A DNA stretch of 61,151 nucleotides, filler included, from Dugesia japonica (taxonomy: Eukaryota), in the NCBI GenBank assembly GCA_001938525.1. It is 6 parts of 6 records of this genome, joined end to end, with 100 filler letters (N's around TTAATTAATTAA, not from the genome) between each part and the next. Parts side by side here need not be neighbours in the genome. Positions count along the whole stretch, not along the records: positions 1 to 10,878 come from MQRL01619752.1; positions 10,979 to 19,309 come from MQRL01582317.1; 4 more parts are not named here. The stretch is one strand, 5' to 3'. The notes under the pieces were generated by a model, which was given only the letters and a program-made list of their open reading frames with translations, did not search any database and was not told the origin of the DNA. Positions 1 to 13,323 of the stretch are shown one piece after another. Both the position numbers and the translations under genes were made by a program. The first letter of the stretch is position 1. Every line of letters starts with the position of its first letter.

Positions 1-5
1 AATTT

Positions 6-1081
6 TTATTTAAACCACAAAACAATAACATAACGCAAAACACCAGAATTCGATGTCTGTGTTATTTCATAATCGAAAGTAGAATCTTTTTTAACGTAAT
101 TGACAAAATCATTAAAATTTCCACCAACTCCATAATAATGACTTTTTGCATTTAAATACACTTTTCCAGTTTTTTTCAATGCGTGTTTAAAAGCGTTAAG
201 AAGCATAATGTAATGAACTTCCCGATAAATTGTTTCTGCTGTGAGAATAACGTCAAATGATTGAGATTCTATTTTATTTGTCAAGCCACGCCAATCACCA
301 CTAAGAAATGAAATTTCTATGGGTATATTAGACTCTATGTTCAATAACGTAGTCGGGATTGTACAATACTTCAACACATCCAAATTAAAATCCTATAAGC
401 ATAGTTTATTCGAATATTTAAATGAGAATTAAAAACTGGTATATTTATTAAGTTCAAAACAAATAGTTAACATTAATTCTATAATATTAAAATACAAATT
501 GTATCAAAATTAACCGATATATTTGTATTAANNNNNNNATATAAAAAATTACTTGAAGACAAACTCTGCTAGCTCTTTTGATAATACTATAAATACCAGG
601 CAAGGCATAACCACAGCCTAATTCCAATACAGACTGATTTTCAAAATGAATATTTTTGCAGATTAAATATTCAACCAAATTTTTACTTCCTTCCCAAATA
701 GTGAAACCCCCTTCATAAATTCCTGATTCGATATCACTGTGAGAATTTAGTGTATGAAACAAACTACTAGATACTAATTTTTCATTATTAATTAAGTTTT
801 TCTCTAGATTTTTTTGATTATAAACTGAAATTTTAAAATCTTCAAATTTTATTTCATCAATTTTACAACATTTAGTTATTTCGAAGCTTCCTAATAATTA
901 TTATATAGTGAGTAAAGAATTTTATTCTACCATCGTTAACAGATAAAATATGATTTTCTACTAAGTCTACACTGTTGTTTGAAACCTCATTTTCAAGTGA
1001 CTAATATATAAAATTACATATATAAAATAAATACTAAGTAAATACGCTATCTTCAGCACACCAATCAAATTTGAAATCCAT
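6..1081 (-). CDS. METTL18: Histidine protein methyltransferase 1 homolog (METTL18/Hpm1-like); 4 exons: 1081-1046, 1000-931, 890-553, 392-6 (276 aa)
   Basis: Manually spliced with GT..AG introns of 45, 40 and 160 bp and consistent phases (831 nt incl. stop). Starts MDFKFDW; contains SGIYEGGFTIWEGS, VLELGCGYALPGI (SAM motif I), CLQ|DFN across the splice, SGDW, FDVILTAETIY and AKSHYYGVGG, all typical of this family. Confidence 0.9.
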
Positions 1082-4000
1082 TTCGAAAAGAACATTTTAA
1101 TGTAAATATTAAAACAACTGTAAATAACTACAAATTATGTCAATAACTTTTGAATATTGAATGAATTATATATTTTTTAATTATTGTTAGCATAAACAAT
1201 ATTTTATATTAAAACTAAAATAGAATTTTGATTTAATCAAATTGTTAAACAAATTATTTCCACAAGAGTTGTTTTATTTTTTATTTGAATTTCAGTGAAC
1301 AAAACGTTTTAAATTAGTAATGCTCATCACGTATCCCTTAGTTTAATTAAGTCATTTTAATAATAGTAAAGATATACAAAATTCAGTTCTAGATTAATTT
1401 AATATCACGAGAAATCGGTAATTGATTTGCTTCAATTCAATCATAAATAATTAGCAAACCGTTGGACTAGAATATAGCAAAACGAGTTTTCAAACGAAAT
1501 TCCTGAAGTAGTAATACGAAACATTTATAATAAAATTAAAGTTAAACTGGTTCAAGAAACAAAAATCTACTGAAATCCCAAGATGATAAATTAAAGGATG
1601 CAACGGAATTATAATAATATTATATTCGAATAAAAAATAATATAGAAACAGTAAATAATATTAATGTACTATAATATCTAACATTCAAAGAAAAATTAAA
1701 TTTAAAAGATAAACAATAGAAAATAAGTACGTTTGGCTTAAACTTTATATGAACCTTCAAATTTGAAAACAAAAATTCATAAATGGAAATTTATTCTTCT
1801 GGTTTTCAAACCATTTGGAAATATGATTTCTGCTTAATGTGATTATACAAACCTCACAATCTGGTACGGTCTTTTTTCAGTGATTTTAGTCGGACTAATA
1901 CCTACTCTCCATCTTTATAGTATCTTTGTCTTCGTTTAACTTTCTCGAAATTTTCCATTTTCTGCGCACTTTCTCCAAATTTTCTGGCACTATTTCTTCT
2001 AAGTCTGTCTTTCCTCTTGAGAGCATTTCCTCGTTGGTATGCAGATTTATCGTGCGATAAAATAAGAAACATACAAAATAAAATGAAAAAATATAATAAA
2101 GATGCAACTATTTAATGAGTCATACACATAATAAAAATGTATTGTAGTTTAAAAAATCAACATAAAAATATCCAAAAATGAATGTTTATAATAAAAAAAC
2201 GATTTGCTGCTGAAATTTTTCATAAATTTACTATTCATCAAAAAATTATTTCAAAAATTTACTATATGTGGGAGAAAAGTTTAAACTTAAAATTTATAAG
2301 CTTACTTTTTTCATTCTTAAAAATCTTTTTTCAGTTGAAGTTGGTATACTTTAAAAGTTTCATACTTTAAAATTTTTCAAAAAATAAAATTTATTACTTA
2401 TTATTTCTTCAGAATTCTTTTTAGTTTAAACAAAAATAATTTCTCGCAGAAACATTCAAATTAAATTTGTCCACCAAAAGTTAACCGAAAACAAATTAAA
2501 ATTAAAATTGTCCAACAAAATTAAAACAATTTGTAAGTTGCTAAATCACCAACCAAACGTGACACAGTTACATTTTTGCAGCGACAAACAATGAATGTGT
2601 CATTGAAACTTCACATACATACACGGTGGAAAATAGAATTTTCTAGAATACTAGACCACTTTCTTAAAAATCTTGAATTCTGATTAGTAGATACTATACA
2701 AATTTTGAAAAACATTTCCCCGAAGGTTGGAGATGTTGGTAAAGTGCTTTACTATCTACCTACTGTGTTAATTGGAAATATGATGCATTCATAATTGTAG
2801 TGTCTCTTCAGATTACAACTAATTTGATCGTTTCACATAATAAGTAAACAATTTTAACATAGTAAACATTCCAAAAATTGAAAATCTATGACTTATCACA
2901 TATGCTCTGATTCTTGATGAAGCTTAATAAGTGTGAGGTTTTTTTTATTATATCTTCAGTAATTATTTGAAAGAAAATGTGTCAGTTTTATGGTTTCTTT
3001 GAAACTTCGTTTGCTGATTTCAAAAATCTTTGTTTTATATATTTGTTTCCAATTTAATAAGTTTAGCTATAATCATTTGTAATTATAAAAGATCTGGGTG
3101 AATTACAAAGTGTTGACATTTACAGATCATAATGAATTCAAACATGTTTGAAATTCGTTATCTGTACGCAGTTTTAATGGTTGATGCTTAAATAGTATAA
3201 TGTAATAGCGATTCTAATGAATAAAAATTCATTAATTGGCAAACAACACAGGATGCGTTCGTAGTTGTTACTCTTAAATGACTNAAAAACTGACGAATAA
3301 TATAATTTTTGTAACGAGGTCAACGAATTTATTATTTTTATGGAAATTTGAAAAAACATTGTTTAAATAATACGAATTAATGTTATAATTTATCTATAAT
3401 AAATATTCTAAACACTTAGTTATTCTTCAAGTATGATAGATGACAAGGATATTGTAACTAGCAACACGCCAGAACTGGGAATGTGGCGAAAAGGCAACAT
3501 CATCAACGGAAAGCAATTTTAGATACATTACCAAAAAAAGAATTAATAAGTTTTAACGTCAGAAAACATTATGGAAATATGCAAAAGAAGCTTCAAAATG
3601 ACGTCTCGTGTTTTGGGTGACTTATTCAGGTATTTATTCTCAACTTCAATACATTTTAAGAACAAAAATATCTCTTGGTTTCTGGTACCTGCTAGTCTTG
3701 TTTTCTTATTTTTACTAGAAAATAACTTTGTATTTTTGGGTCCTCTCTGATTGCTTGACCATTTTTTCACAATAACATTCTGATAACTACCTGTCAGCTA
3801 ATGGTAGTAATAACGATTTTATGTAATTAAATGCCAAGTTCATTCAATTAATTTATTATAAGCATTTCATTTTTTCAATATTGTCTCGCCCTTTAAATAG
3901 TCACGTAGAGTTTAATGAACATTAAACGTTTTTTATAATATATCAATCAATTTTTTATATTTGTAAATAATTTTAATAATTGGTTCATTGAAGACTGAAT

Positions 4001-4171
4001 AGTTAATGTTGACATACTACACCATACAATCTATAATTTTAACAATATTCATTGTTAATAAGTTGTAGTAATAAGTCAAAATAATTTGAATAATTTGATT
4101 CAATCGGGTACTGTGATAAAAAACTACCTGTTATGAAATATGCGGTATTCATTAGGTTACTATGAGTTAAA

Positions 4172-7100
4172 TCAAAAGTCTTAATTTCCAAAAAAATTTA
4201 TTCAATAAGTTAAAAAATATATAACTAAATCTGTGAGTACAATATTAAAACCAATATTTAGTTTTTTGAAATATTCAGTTTCTCCCCCTCTTTCTAGATT
4301 CAGCATCTCTTTAACCATTTGATTTTTCTAAATCTGCAATCTTGTGAAGTTTCTAACCGAACTTGATGAAGTGTTAGAAATTCAGTAATTTTATAAAGAC
4401 CTTCATAGAGTAAAAAATTCTTCTTCGGTTTTTGAGAGTCTTTCCTTACTAACACGTCTTCACATACTTCAAATTCGCGACACAGTTTTTTCCTTGATTT
4501 ATCATTGTCTGCGATGTTCGTTTAATATTATCGTAAGCTTTATTTATAATCTTGTCCTCTCAAAAGTTGTGTTCCTTATTTTTCTGAATATTTATCATCC
4601 TCCTATAAATTCTTTCCATTGGTTAGAATCCAACTGACTTTGATACAGTACAAACTCTACTCTTGGAAGAACCTCATTTCAAGATTTTTCCTCTTCTCCT
4701 GCTTTTATTGAAGTCACTATCAAGTGTCTAACTGTTCTGATTGCTCATTCAGATAATCCATTAGAATTATGTTCATATGGAAACATAAAGATCCATGAAA
4801 TATTAAGCTTACTAGCTAGATTTTGTAATAATTTCCTTTCAAATACTTTACTGAGGTCTGACACAATTTTCTGTGGTTTTTCAAATATATAAATCCAATG
4901 GTTTAGTAGAGTCTTTTTTATAGCAGTTTCATTTTGATTGTTCGTTGCAGTAAGACTAATAATTTTACTAAATTGATCGATGATAACAATTATATATCTT
5001 TTATTTGATCGACCAATATCCATATATGCTATATACATAACGATTTGTTCCATAGGATTACTACTTCAGGCCGAATAAATTTCTCTTGAAATTTTTCACT
5101 ACTTATTTTTCTGCACATGCAAAACTGACATTGTCATATTATATTTTGAATATCTCTTATCATATTTGGTCAGAAGAAATAATCTGATACATATTTTATA
5201 GTTTTCTTCCTTCCAATTTGACAAATCTTTGTATACTTTATTAATAAAGTCGTTTATTTCATTTGGTGGTACTGCAATCTTACGAATCCCATCAAGATCA
5301 ATGCTTTTCAAATTGGCTTCTACAAATAAATGATTCAAATGGTTTCTGTAAATTGATTCGTTAAAATCTTTAAGAATTTCTTTGTCTTCTCCAGAGAGGT
5401 ATTTTTTCACTTTAGGAAACAATTCTTTGCTCCTAAATCTGTTAATATAGCTATCCACATTCCCTACAGAATCATCTGAAACACTCGAAAAATTTACTTT
5501 AGACATCTTGACTTTAGCATCCACAAGTTTGGTTTGACATTAAGAACAATAACTTGAAAGAATACAAGACATANNNNNNNNNNNNNNNNNNNNNNNNNNN
5601 NNNNNNNNNNNNNNNNNNNNNNNNNNNNNNNNNNNNNNNNNNTTTGAAATTGTGGCGTAATTAGTTTATGTGAAAGCTTAATAAATTCCAATGCCTTGTG
5701 ATCGATTTGTGCTACAAAATTTTCCGCATATAAATAATGTCGAACATGCCTGATGAATTCATATAACGCTAGCAATTCTTTACGTGTCACGCAATAACCT
5801 TTTTCATGAGCATTTAATAATCTTGAGCCGTATGAAAGTACCACTTCATGACCGTTTTGAATTTGGCTCAATACTGTACCGATCTCACTAAAGTTAGCAT
5901 TAGTTTCCAATATGGATTGGTTTCTTGAATCCGGAAAACCTAATATTGGTTAGTACATTAAGCCTGCTTGATCTTATCAAAGCTTAATTTGCACTCTTCA
6001 GTCCATTGGGTTTCTCATTTATGGCCCCCCATTGCAGCATATAATGCTTTTGCAAGTAACAAAAAATGATTAACAAACTTCCTGTATTAGTTTGCCATGC
6101 CTAAAAAAGAACGTAATTGATTAGTGCATTTTGGAATTTTTGCTTTTGCAATTTCTTTTTTGCCAGACTTTCTCTGAATTAGGCCTCAATCATTCTTTGC
6201 TAACTGTATGGCCCGGAAATAACAATTAACTGTGATATAGTTTATATTTATTTAGATTGATTTTGAGACCAGAATTCTGAATTCTTTGAAATACATTTTT
6301 AAGTATTTTATTATGTTCTGATCAACGTTTTGCAAATATTAAAATGTCGTCAATATATACAACTACACCTTTAAAATAAATCCATAGAAACTTGTATGCA
6401 TCAATTTCTGAAATTCAGCTGGAGCAGTTGATAACCAAAATGACATACGATTGTAACAATATTGTCCCTTCTCGGACTGTAACTTGCACCTGCCACGTCT
6501 GAGTAAGTCAACTTATTTTTCTGTGACCCACCAAAATCTTTATCTAATTTTCTTATTTCATCCAAAAATTTCTGGTTTAAGAGCAAATGATTTTCTTAGC
6601 TCTTCGGAACCAACTCTTTTCTTGATTATTTGCGAGTAATTTCCTCCACAGTCAATCCTGATTCAAATATTTCTTTGACTGATCTTAAAACTCTTAATTC
6701 AAAGTTTTTGAAGCGTTCAATTTCTTTTTGTCTAATTCCACTACATTCTTCAATAATTTGNAGAAATGACTTTTCTTTTACAAATTTTCCTTTAAACCGT
6801 CCGCTAGCCATTTTATCGTTGAAATTCTGCTGACTTTTAAATGCTTGCCATATCTCTTTTGAATCACCGTCTAATAAAAAATCAAAGGTTGATAATAAAT
6901 CAAAGCTGTTTAATTCTGCAAAGATTGTAATTTCATTTAACCATTTAGCCGGGTCTTCGACATAATTCCAGAGAATTTCGTAATTTTAGGAGTTAGTAAT
7001 TCCCTAGACTCTTTAGGCAAAGCTTCATAGATCTTTTTTGCTTTAGTTTCCTGGTTTCGAGCAATTGGGTTCAGCTAAGCTGGATCGCCAGTTTATTCAA

Positions 7101-7205
7101 AAGTCTTAATTTTCATCACAAATTTATTCAATAAGTTCAAAATATATAACTGAATCTTAAAAAACAATATTTAAACAAATATTCTGTATTTTTAAAGGTT
7201 CAACT
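4172..7205 (-). mobile_element. Internally deleted, decayed Ty3/Gypsy LTR retrotransposon with short (~110 bp) LTRs
   Basis: Similar direct repeats at 4172-4280 and 7097-7205 (tcaaaagtcttaattt...tttattcaataagt...aatatataact). PBS-like TGGCGATCC (minus strand, ~7082-7090) and PPT AGAAAGAGGGGGAGA (minus strand, ~4281-4296). Internal remnants: gag-like 6550-7050, RT VVVYIDDILIF ~6335-6365, RNase H (GYCVTRKELLAL..DHKAL) 5640-5910, integrase (IDQFSK..SD..SNGLSE) 4745-5053. Confidence 0.85.
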
Positions 7206-7954
7206 CTATGTTTACTAGTTTACTATATTCATTGGCTTACTATATCATTGTTTACAGTATCACATCAGCCTATAGTATTTACTGACTTGCTGTATCCGTT
7301 TGCATAGATAAAACAAGAAATATGACATTTTAGAAGATGATTAATTAACTATTTCAACAACAATCAGGACAACAATGGGAAGTGAATTGTGGAAATGATA
7401 ATCAATAATGACACAAATATTTTGAAGATTGATGAAATGATCTTACGAGGTAATTGAATGTAGATTGAGAATATTGATGTGATATTACTGAAATAATCAA
7501 ATTACATGTAATTTGACGGACAAATGACAAAAGAAAACACAATGTCACTCAGCAGACTCATAAGTAATTTTGAGACGGACCTAATAAAATAGGCTATAGG
7601 AAAACATATTCCAAGATTTTATTAAATTGACAAATTTTATGTGTTAATGCAAAAAGTAGGGACTTAGAAAAAAAACGTAAAATAATAATGAGTTAAATAA
7701 CAATTTGAATGCTTTTAATAAAAAATTAAATAGTTGTGTCACCAGTGACATAATGTGTTATGTTACGTTAAAGACACCATACTGTGCAATTATGATAAAT
7801 GCTGAAAAATATGCACCTTGCTTTCTTACATTAAATGTTGTGGAATTACACGTAATCAGAGTACTGTTATTTTTTTAATCTTGAATATTCTGGATAAATA
7901 AAATGCATAAAATATCAGCATTACTGTAATTGTAATTTAAATCATATAATAATA

Positions 7955-9401
7955 AAGTGGCGTAGACAAAGGGGGTTTAAGGGGGTTAAACCCCCCCCCC
8001 CTTGGTGTAAGAAATATTTTTCCATTTTTTGATCCGACTTAGAGATTCCAAATTGAATATTCGAATACTTGATATTCGAGTATATTCATGTGTTAATTGA
8101 CTATTTGATATTCAAATATTTGGAAAAAATAAAATTGGTGAAGTCACATGCGGTACCTGTAACGCAAACGTAGGGTGTAGAAGTTCAACCACTTCTATGA
8201 TTAATCCTTTGAAGTTACAACACAATATATTTATATCTAAATCTGTATCAAGTAAAAATTATGAATAAAATAATGTTCCGCAGAAAAAGCCAAAAATTGA
8301 AACAAGTACTATTTTGAACTTTATAAAAAAAACAGTCTTTAAATGAAATATTGTCAAAAGTCGCAGCAGTTTGATGCAACAACAAGGTTATAAAATGCCA
8401 AAAAGTCCAACAACTATTTCAAAATCCATCATCAGCTTTTATAAAAAAAAATGTATTGAACTGTGAAATAAATTTTAAAAATTTAAAAAAGCAAATCGTA
8501 AATTTGATTTTACTGTGTATGAATGGACAGATTGTGCCATCTTACGTTATGTAAACGTTACAGTTCTTGGAGTTTGAATGGAATCAAATAAAGTGGAATG
8601 CTATGTACTGAGTTTAACAGAAATAGTTAAGCAGGAAATGAAAAAACTATTAAACATTCATTTGAAGCTAAGCTAGCAAACTTTGGAATTTCTTTAAAAA
8701 GTGATGTTATTGCATCAACTAACAACGCAGCAGCTGTAATGAAAAAATAGGGGAAAATATTAGATGATTTAAATCAGCTTTACCCTAATCATGCACTCGA
8801 TTTGGCCGTAATGAACTGTTTTTATATACCAATAAATTCTACTCCTAATGAAGCTTTGGACTTGGACGATATCGAAAATTTTGTTGATGATAAAATTGAA
8901 GATGATGTAGAAGAAGATTTCAGAGAAGATCTGTATTCGGATAACCATTTGGAGTTAGTTGAAGAAAATAAAGATGTTATGACATTGAGTATTGATTTTG
9001 GTCAAATTATTCACAAGTTAAGAGATGTTATAAGACTGTTTAAAAAAATCATCTTTAAAGTAATCTATTTCACAACAAAATATACTTCAAAAAATGGGGG
9101 AAAATGTAGTTAAAATTGAACATCAAAACAAGAAGAATTCTTTGATTGTAATAATTCGACGATTTTTTTCAATAGTCTTCAAAAAATGCAGAAATTTCAT
9201 TACTCCTGTCTGTACTCTCAATGCACTATAATTATTTATTTTTTTCTGATGTCCCATACGTTGTCTCCGTACTTTAAAAAATAAGCTAATGACGTCATTA
9301 TTTAATACTTGGCGTCTTTTTTGTTTTATGTTAGTAAACAAAAACAAAAATTTCGATAAAAATTAAAAACCCCCTTTCGTATATTCCTGGCTACACTACT
9401 G
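7955..9401 (+). mobile_element. Decayed hAT DNA transposon with BED-finger transposase remnant
   Basis: TIRs aAGTGGCGTAG / CTACACTACTG. Perfect 8-bp TSD TAATAATA at 7947-7954 and 9402-9409. Remnant peptides VTCGTCNANVGCRSSTTSMINPLKLQH (BED finger), EWTD, TNNAAAVMKK, NHALDLAV with many stops and frameshifts. Confidence 0.85.
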
Positions 9402-9869
9402 TAATAATATATATAATGATTATAATATAATAATAATAAATAAATAATTTTATTCGATTTTAAAATCAGTTTCCATTAATGGCAACAGCCATTTATAATG
9501 TAATTATTTATTTTATATAGCAAAAAGTTAATTCATACTTATGGTCATCCATACTGTGTAACTGCACTTTAGTCGAGTATTAATTCATAATTTTCAATTC
9601 AGCAAATTCATTTCTAACTTATTTGTAATTGCATAAATTTCATCTGGTAACTTTATATGTATTGATTCAATACTTCAGAATCTTCATTGCGCTAGTAAAA
9701 CTTAAGGTTTTAAATTTTAAGCCAATAATGATGATTTAATACTCCTAATGTAGAACTAATTAAAGGAACCTATCGATTTGACTATGCAATTTCACAATTT
9801 TAATTATTAAAAATTGCCACAGTTAACTCAAACTCAGTTAAATAATTTCATTAAATCAATCATCTATAC

Positions 9870-10261
9870 CAGGTGTTGGCAATCTTTTTTAGCTTCGGGT
9901 CAAAGTAAAAAAATGTGACTATCAAGAATTCTTTTCGGATCACTAGGCATTTGCAAATGCACATTAATAAAAAATCTTTATAAAATTTTCTTGGGGCGAT
10001 CAAGATCGAGCGTTGATGATCTGTGTCCAAGTGACAGTGGTGAATGTCCATCTGTTGACAAATTAGGACAGTGCCTGAACGGCAAAGTGAGGTTAAATTT
10101 TTTTGTTCCTTATAAGAATATAAGTGGTCTTGTAGCACTGCAACACGTAATCAGACGTATGTACAAATTTTAAAAAAACAAAATACTTCTTGCAAAACTC
10201 AAATGGATCACTTAAAATTATCAAACGGATCAATTGGTGACCCTTGGGTTGCCGAGACCTG
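9870..10261. mobile_element. hAT (Charlie-like) non-autonomous element/MITE
   Basis: Termini CAGGTGTTGGCAA / TTGCCGAGACCTG; 8-bp TSD ATCTATAC / ATCTATAT. Confidence 0.7.
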
Positions 10262-10526
10262 ATCTATATCATTTACAGGTAAATTTTAAACAAATGAAAT
10301 AGTCAAATAAAATCAATTCCTGAAGAAGACTAAATCGAAATATCAAATTGTTATCAAATACCAAAAAAAAACAAAATTTTGATTTTAAATTAATTATTTT
10401 TTATTTTAAATGAATTCTGAAAAACGACCAATGATTATGTCCAACAATTATTTTCGCAATAATTGCAATTGTAAAACAAATGAAATAGAATTTTAAACTA
10501 ATGAACAATTTTTGAAACTAATAAAC

Positions 10527-10851
10527 AGCCAACAGTTTTTGCCTACGGGCCAGATTTGAAGGAAAAACATTTTTCACCGGACGGATGAAATATTAAAATT
10601 AAAAAATGTTAAATATAATTACCAGCGTAAATGTAAAATAAAATATTTTTTTCGGCTATTTTGCTTTGAAGTGTTACCCCATGGTAAAGACGAGTACAAA
10701 AGTTGTAAATATTTATAAAAGAATCTTTTTGAAAAATTAAAAGGTATCACGAACTTATTCGACAAATTATTGGAAGGTAAATAGCTAATATTGAAAAATT
10801 AACCAAGGGCCTAGTAAATTCATTGCACGGGCCGTATGTTGTCCATCCCTG
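10527..10851. mobile_element. Charlie/MER-like hAT MITE remnant
   Basis: CGGGCC subterminal motifs at both ends; right end GTCCATCCCTG followed by ATCTAGTA (Charlie-type target). Left TIR eroded. Confidence 0.5.
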
Positions 10852-10878
10852 ATCTAGTATTTCAATTTTATTTAGATT

Positions 10879-10978
10879 NNNNNNNNNNNNNNNNNNNNNN
10901 NNNNNNNNNNNNNNNNNNNNNNTTAATTAATTAANNNNNNNNNNNNNNNNNNNNNNNNNNNNNNNNNNNNNNNNNNNN
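10879..10978. other. Artificial contig-joining linker
   Basis: 44 N + TTAATTAATTAA (stop in all six frames) + 44 N = 100 bp; identical to the other four linkers. Confidence 0.95.
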
Positions 10979-11127
10979 GAAAATGAAGACATGTCTATTC
11001 AAACAAAGCTGGAAGATCATGGATTTGTTTTAAAATAAATTTTTTTTTGTAAATGAGTTATTTGAATAATTGAGTTATTTGAACTTTTTTGAAATCCCCG
11101 CCAGTTCAAATAACTGAGCGCCGACTG
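10979..11127 (-). mobile_element. Tc1/mariner-pogo-like transposon end inserted at a TA in capsid copy C
   Basis: Minus strand reads TA|CAGTCGGCGCTCAGTTATTTGAACT with repeated GAGTTATTTGAA subterminal motifs; it starts exactly where capsid homology ends. Confidence 0.55.
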
Positions 11128-11129
11128 TA

Positions 11130-11715
11130 TTTATCTATTACAAGTAAACTCAATCATTGTATTATATAATAATCTATTATAGCACTGTAAAAATCCAAAA
11201 ATATTTTTAAATGGAAAATAACCTTCAAATTTCTTTTTAGAGTAGAGTTTCTTTCTTTTATAAAAACCAAGATTTGCATCCCATCCTTCAACATCTACAT
11301 TACCTTTATTAATATCAGGAATTTATCCAAATAATTTACCGTATTCTTTTTTACTAGCATTACTAATTGTAATTAAATTCAACATTATTGATGCTGTTTC
11401 TGGGTCATTAATTATTTCTACATCTGAAGACCCTAAAGTTAATCTCATGGATTTAAATAAACTTGAAAACCAATTATCTCCCAAAGTTATTTTATCTTTA
11501 TGATCATCTGTAACATTAATCTCTATTTTAAAATATAATATTGAATTACAAATGTCTAATGGATTTGAAGATTGTAAAGATTGAAAAATAATAGTTCAAG
11601 AAGACATTAAATTAGTTATTATTTTAGCTGAAGGTAAAATTCTTAAAACATCATTTTTCAAAAATAAATGTTGAAAATTAAGATTATAATCAAGATCAAG
11701 TTTTGTTGTAACCAT
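11130..11715 (-). pseudogene. Polinton/adintovirus-like major capsid protein, copy C (5' part; stops and a frameshift; absent from the ORF track)
   Basis: Manual translation MVTTKLDLDYNLNF..FQSLQSSNPLDICNSIIYF..KITLGDNWFSSLFKSMRLTLGSSDVEIINDP..KKEYGKLFG*IPDINKG..FGFLQCYNRLLYNT aligns colinearly with the capsid genes at 26397-27001 and 29388-30793. Confidence 0.85.
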
Positions 11716-11939
11716 TTTCTTTACTAATAATATAAGCAAAAGTTATTTGCAGATGTATTTGCATTTGCGTTGGCATTCGCATTTCTATTTTTCAAAAACA
11801 AAAATTTAAAAACCAAGACACCAACCCAAGTAGTGGGTAAATGGCGTCTTCCCGTTGGTTTTACAATTTATTTTCACAATAAAAAATTTTATATTGTTAT
11901 TTTTTTCCCAGGTATTAAACATGTATTTGAAAAATAAGA

Positions 11940-13320
11940 GCAGAACCTTGAAGGGAAAACGCTAATTGCCCACTACTCACGGAAAAAGTCATAAATTATC
12001 TGAAAAACGAATATGATATGGAAGAGTTAAGAGAAACTGTGTCAAAAGTAATTAAAGAATGTACAGCGTGCCAAATGAACAAAGTAACAACAATTAGAAT
12101 AAAGGAGGAAACTATAAAATTAGAGGCTAATGAAATAGTTGAGAGTATTTATATTGATATATGTGGGCCTTTCCAAGAAACTGTAGGAAGAAAAAGATAT
12201 AAATGTCCCATAATAGATAAATTTAGCAGATACATATGCTTAACAGCCCTAGTTAAACAAGATGAGGAATCAATAAAGAAAATAATTATGGATAAATGGA
12301 TACTAAGATTTGGTGCTCCCAAAGAGATACATGTAGATTGTTTGAAGATCTTCAAAACAAAAGCCTTCAAAGAGATGAAAGATTTAATGAATATAACGAT
12401 TTGCTTCTCAAGTACATATCATCATAATACCAACGGAATAATAGAACGTTAATTCAGAACGATCAGAAATTAAATCAATGCAACATAAAAAGATAAAAAG
12501 AATAAAAATTCGACAGAGTTAATACCAAAAATCAAATATACTCTCAATGCAACAAGCCGGAAGACTTTGAGTGTTAGTTCAGCAGAAGTGATATTCGGTA
12601 AGAAGATACATAGAGAACCATGGTTCAATAACGGAGAAAAGAAAGAAGAATCTGAAGAGTTGACAACAACAAAGATACATTTTCAAGTTGGAGACTAGGT
12701 GCTAATTAAGGCAGAAAACAGATCAAAAGACAAAGAAAGATACACAGGTCCGTACGAGGTGATAAAACAAATGCTTGAAAGACGATACCTGCTGAAGAGT
12801 TCAGAAGGGAAGATGATTGAAAAAAATGTGGAAAATTAAAAAAAAATTTAAAGAGGCGGATGTGAGTATCGATTTATGGATTTCAAATATCTGAGATTTT
12901 TTAATTTTTATTTATAATATTAAAATTGGTTTTTTGAAACTTTTAAAATATAAAACAGGTTTTTTAAAATAAAAATTAATTGAATAAACTCTATATATTA
13001 TATTATGTTGAATTAAAAAATTATAAAAATTATTTTGTAAAAATTAGGTATAAAAATAATTAAATATATATAATAAAGGTATTTTAAAATTAAAGTCGAT
13101 ATTTTATATTAGGTTAAATTATAAAATTATAAAAGTTATTTAGTAAAATTAGGTTTAAAATAATTAAAGATAAAGTAAAATAAAAGTATTTTGGAATTTA
13201 AAAAATCAATATTTTTGAAAAATATTTATTAGGATTTTTAAGATTATTTGTTTGAATATTGTGATTTGTGCTTTATCATTTTTCATTTTAATAAAAGACT
13301 TGTAATAATCAATAAACAAT
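11940..13320 (+). mobile_element. Gypsy integrase remnant, PPT and AT-rich 3' LTR
   Basis: CTACQ zinc motif, IDICGP, IDKFSRY, HVD, YHHNTNGIIER, GPYEV. PPT AAAGAGGCGGA then TGTGAG at 12861. Confidence 0.75.
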
Positions 13321-13323
13321 TTA

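Noticed and set aside
10923-10934. TTAATTAATTAA as a biological repeat or piggyBac site
   Set aside because: Always centred in exactly 44+44 N; it is an assembly spacer.
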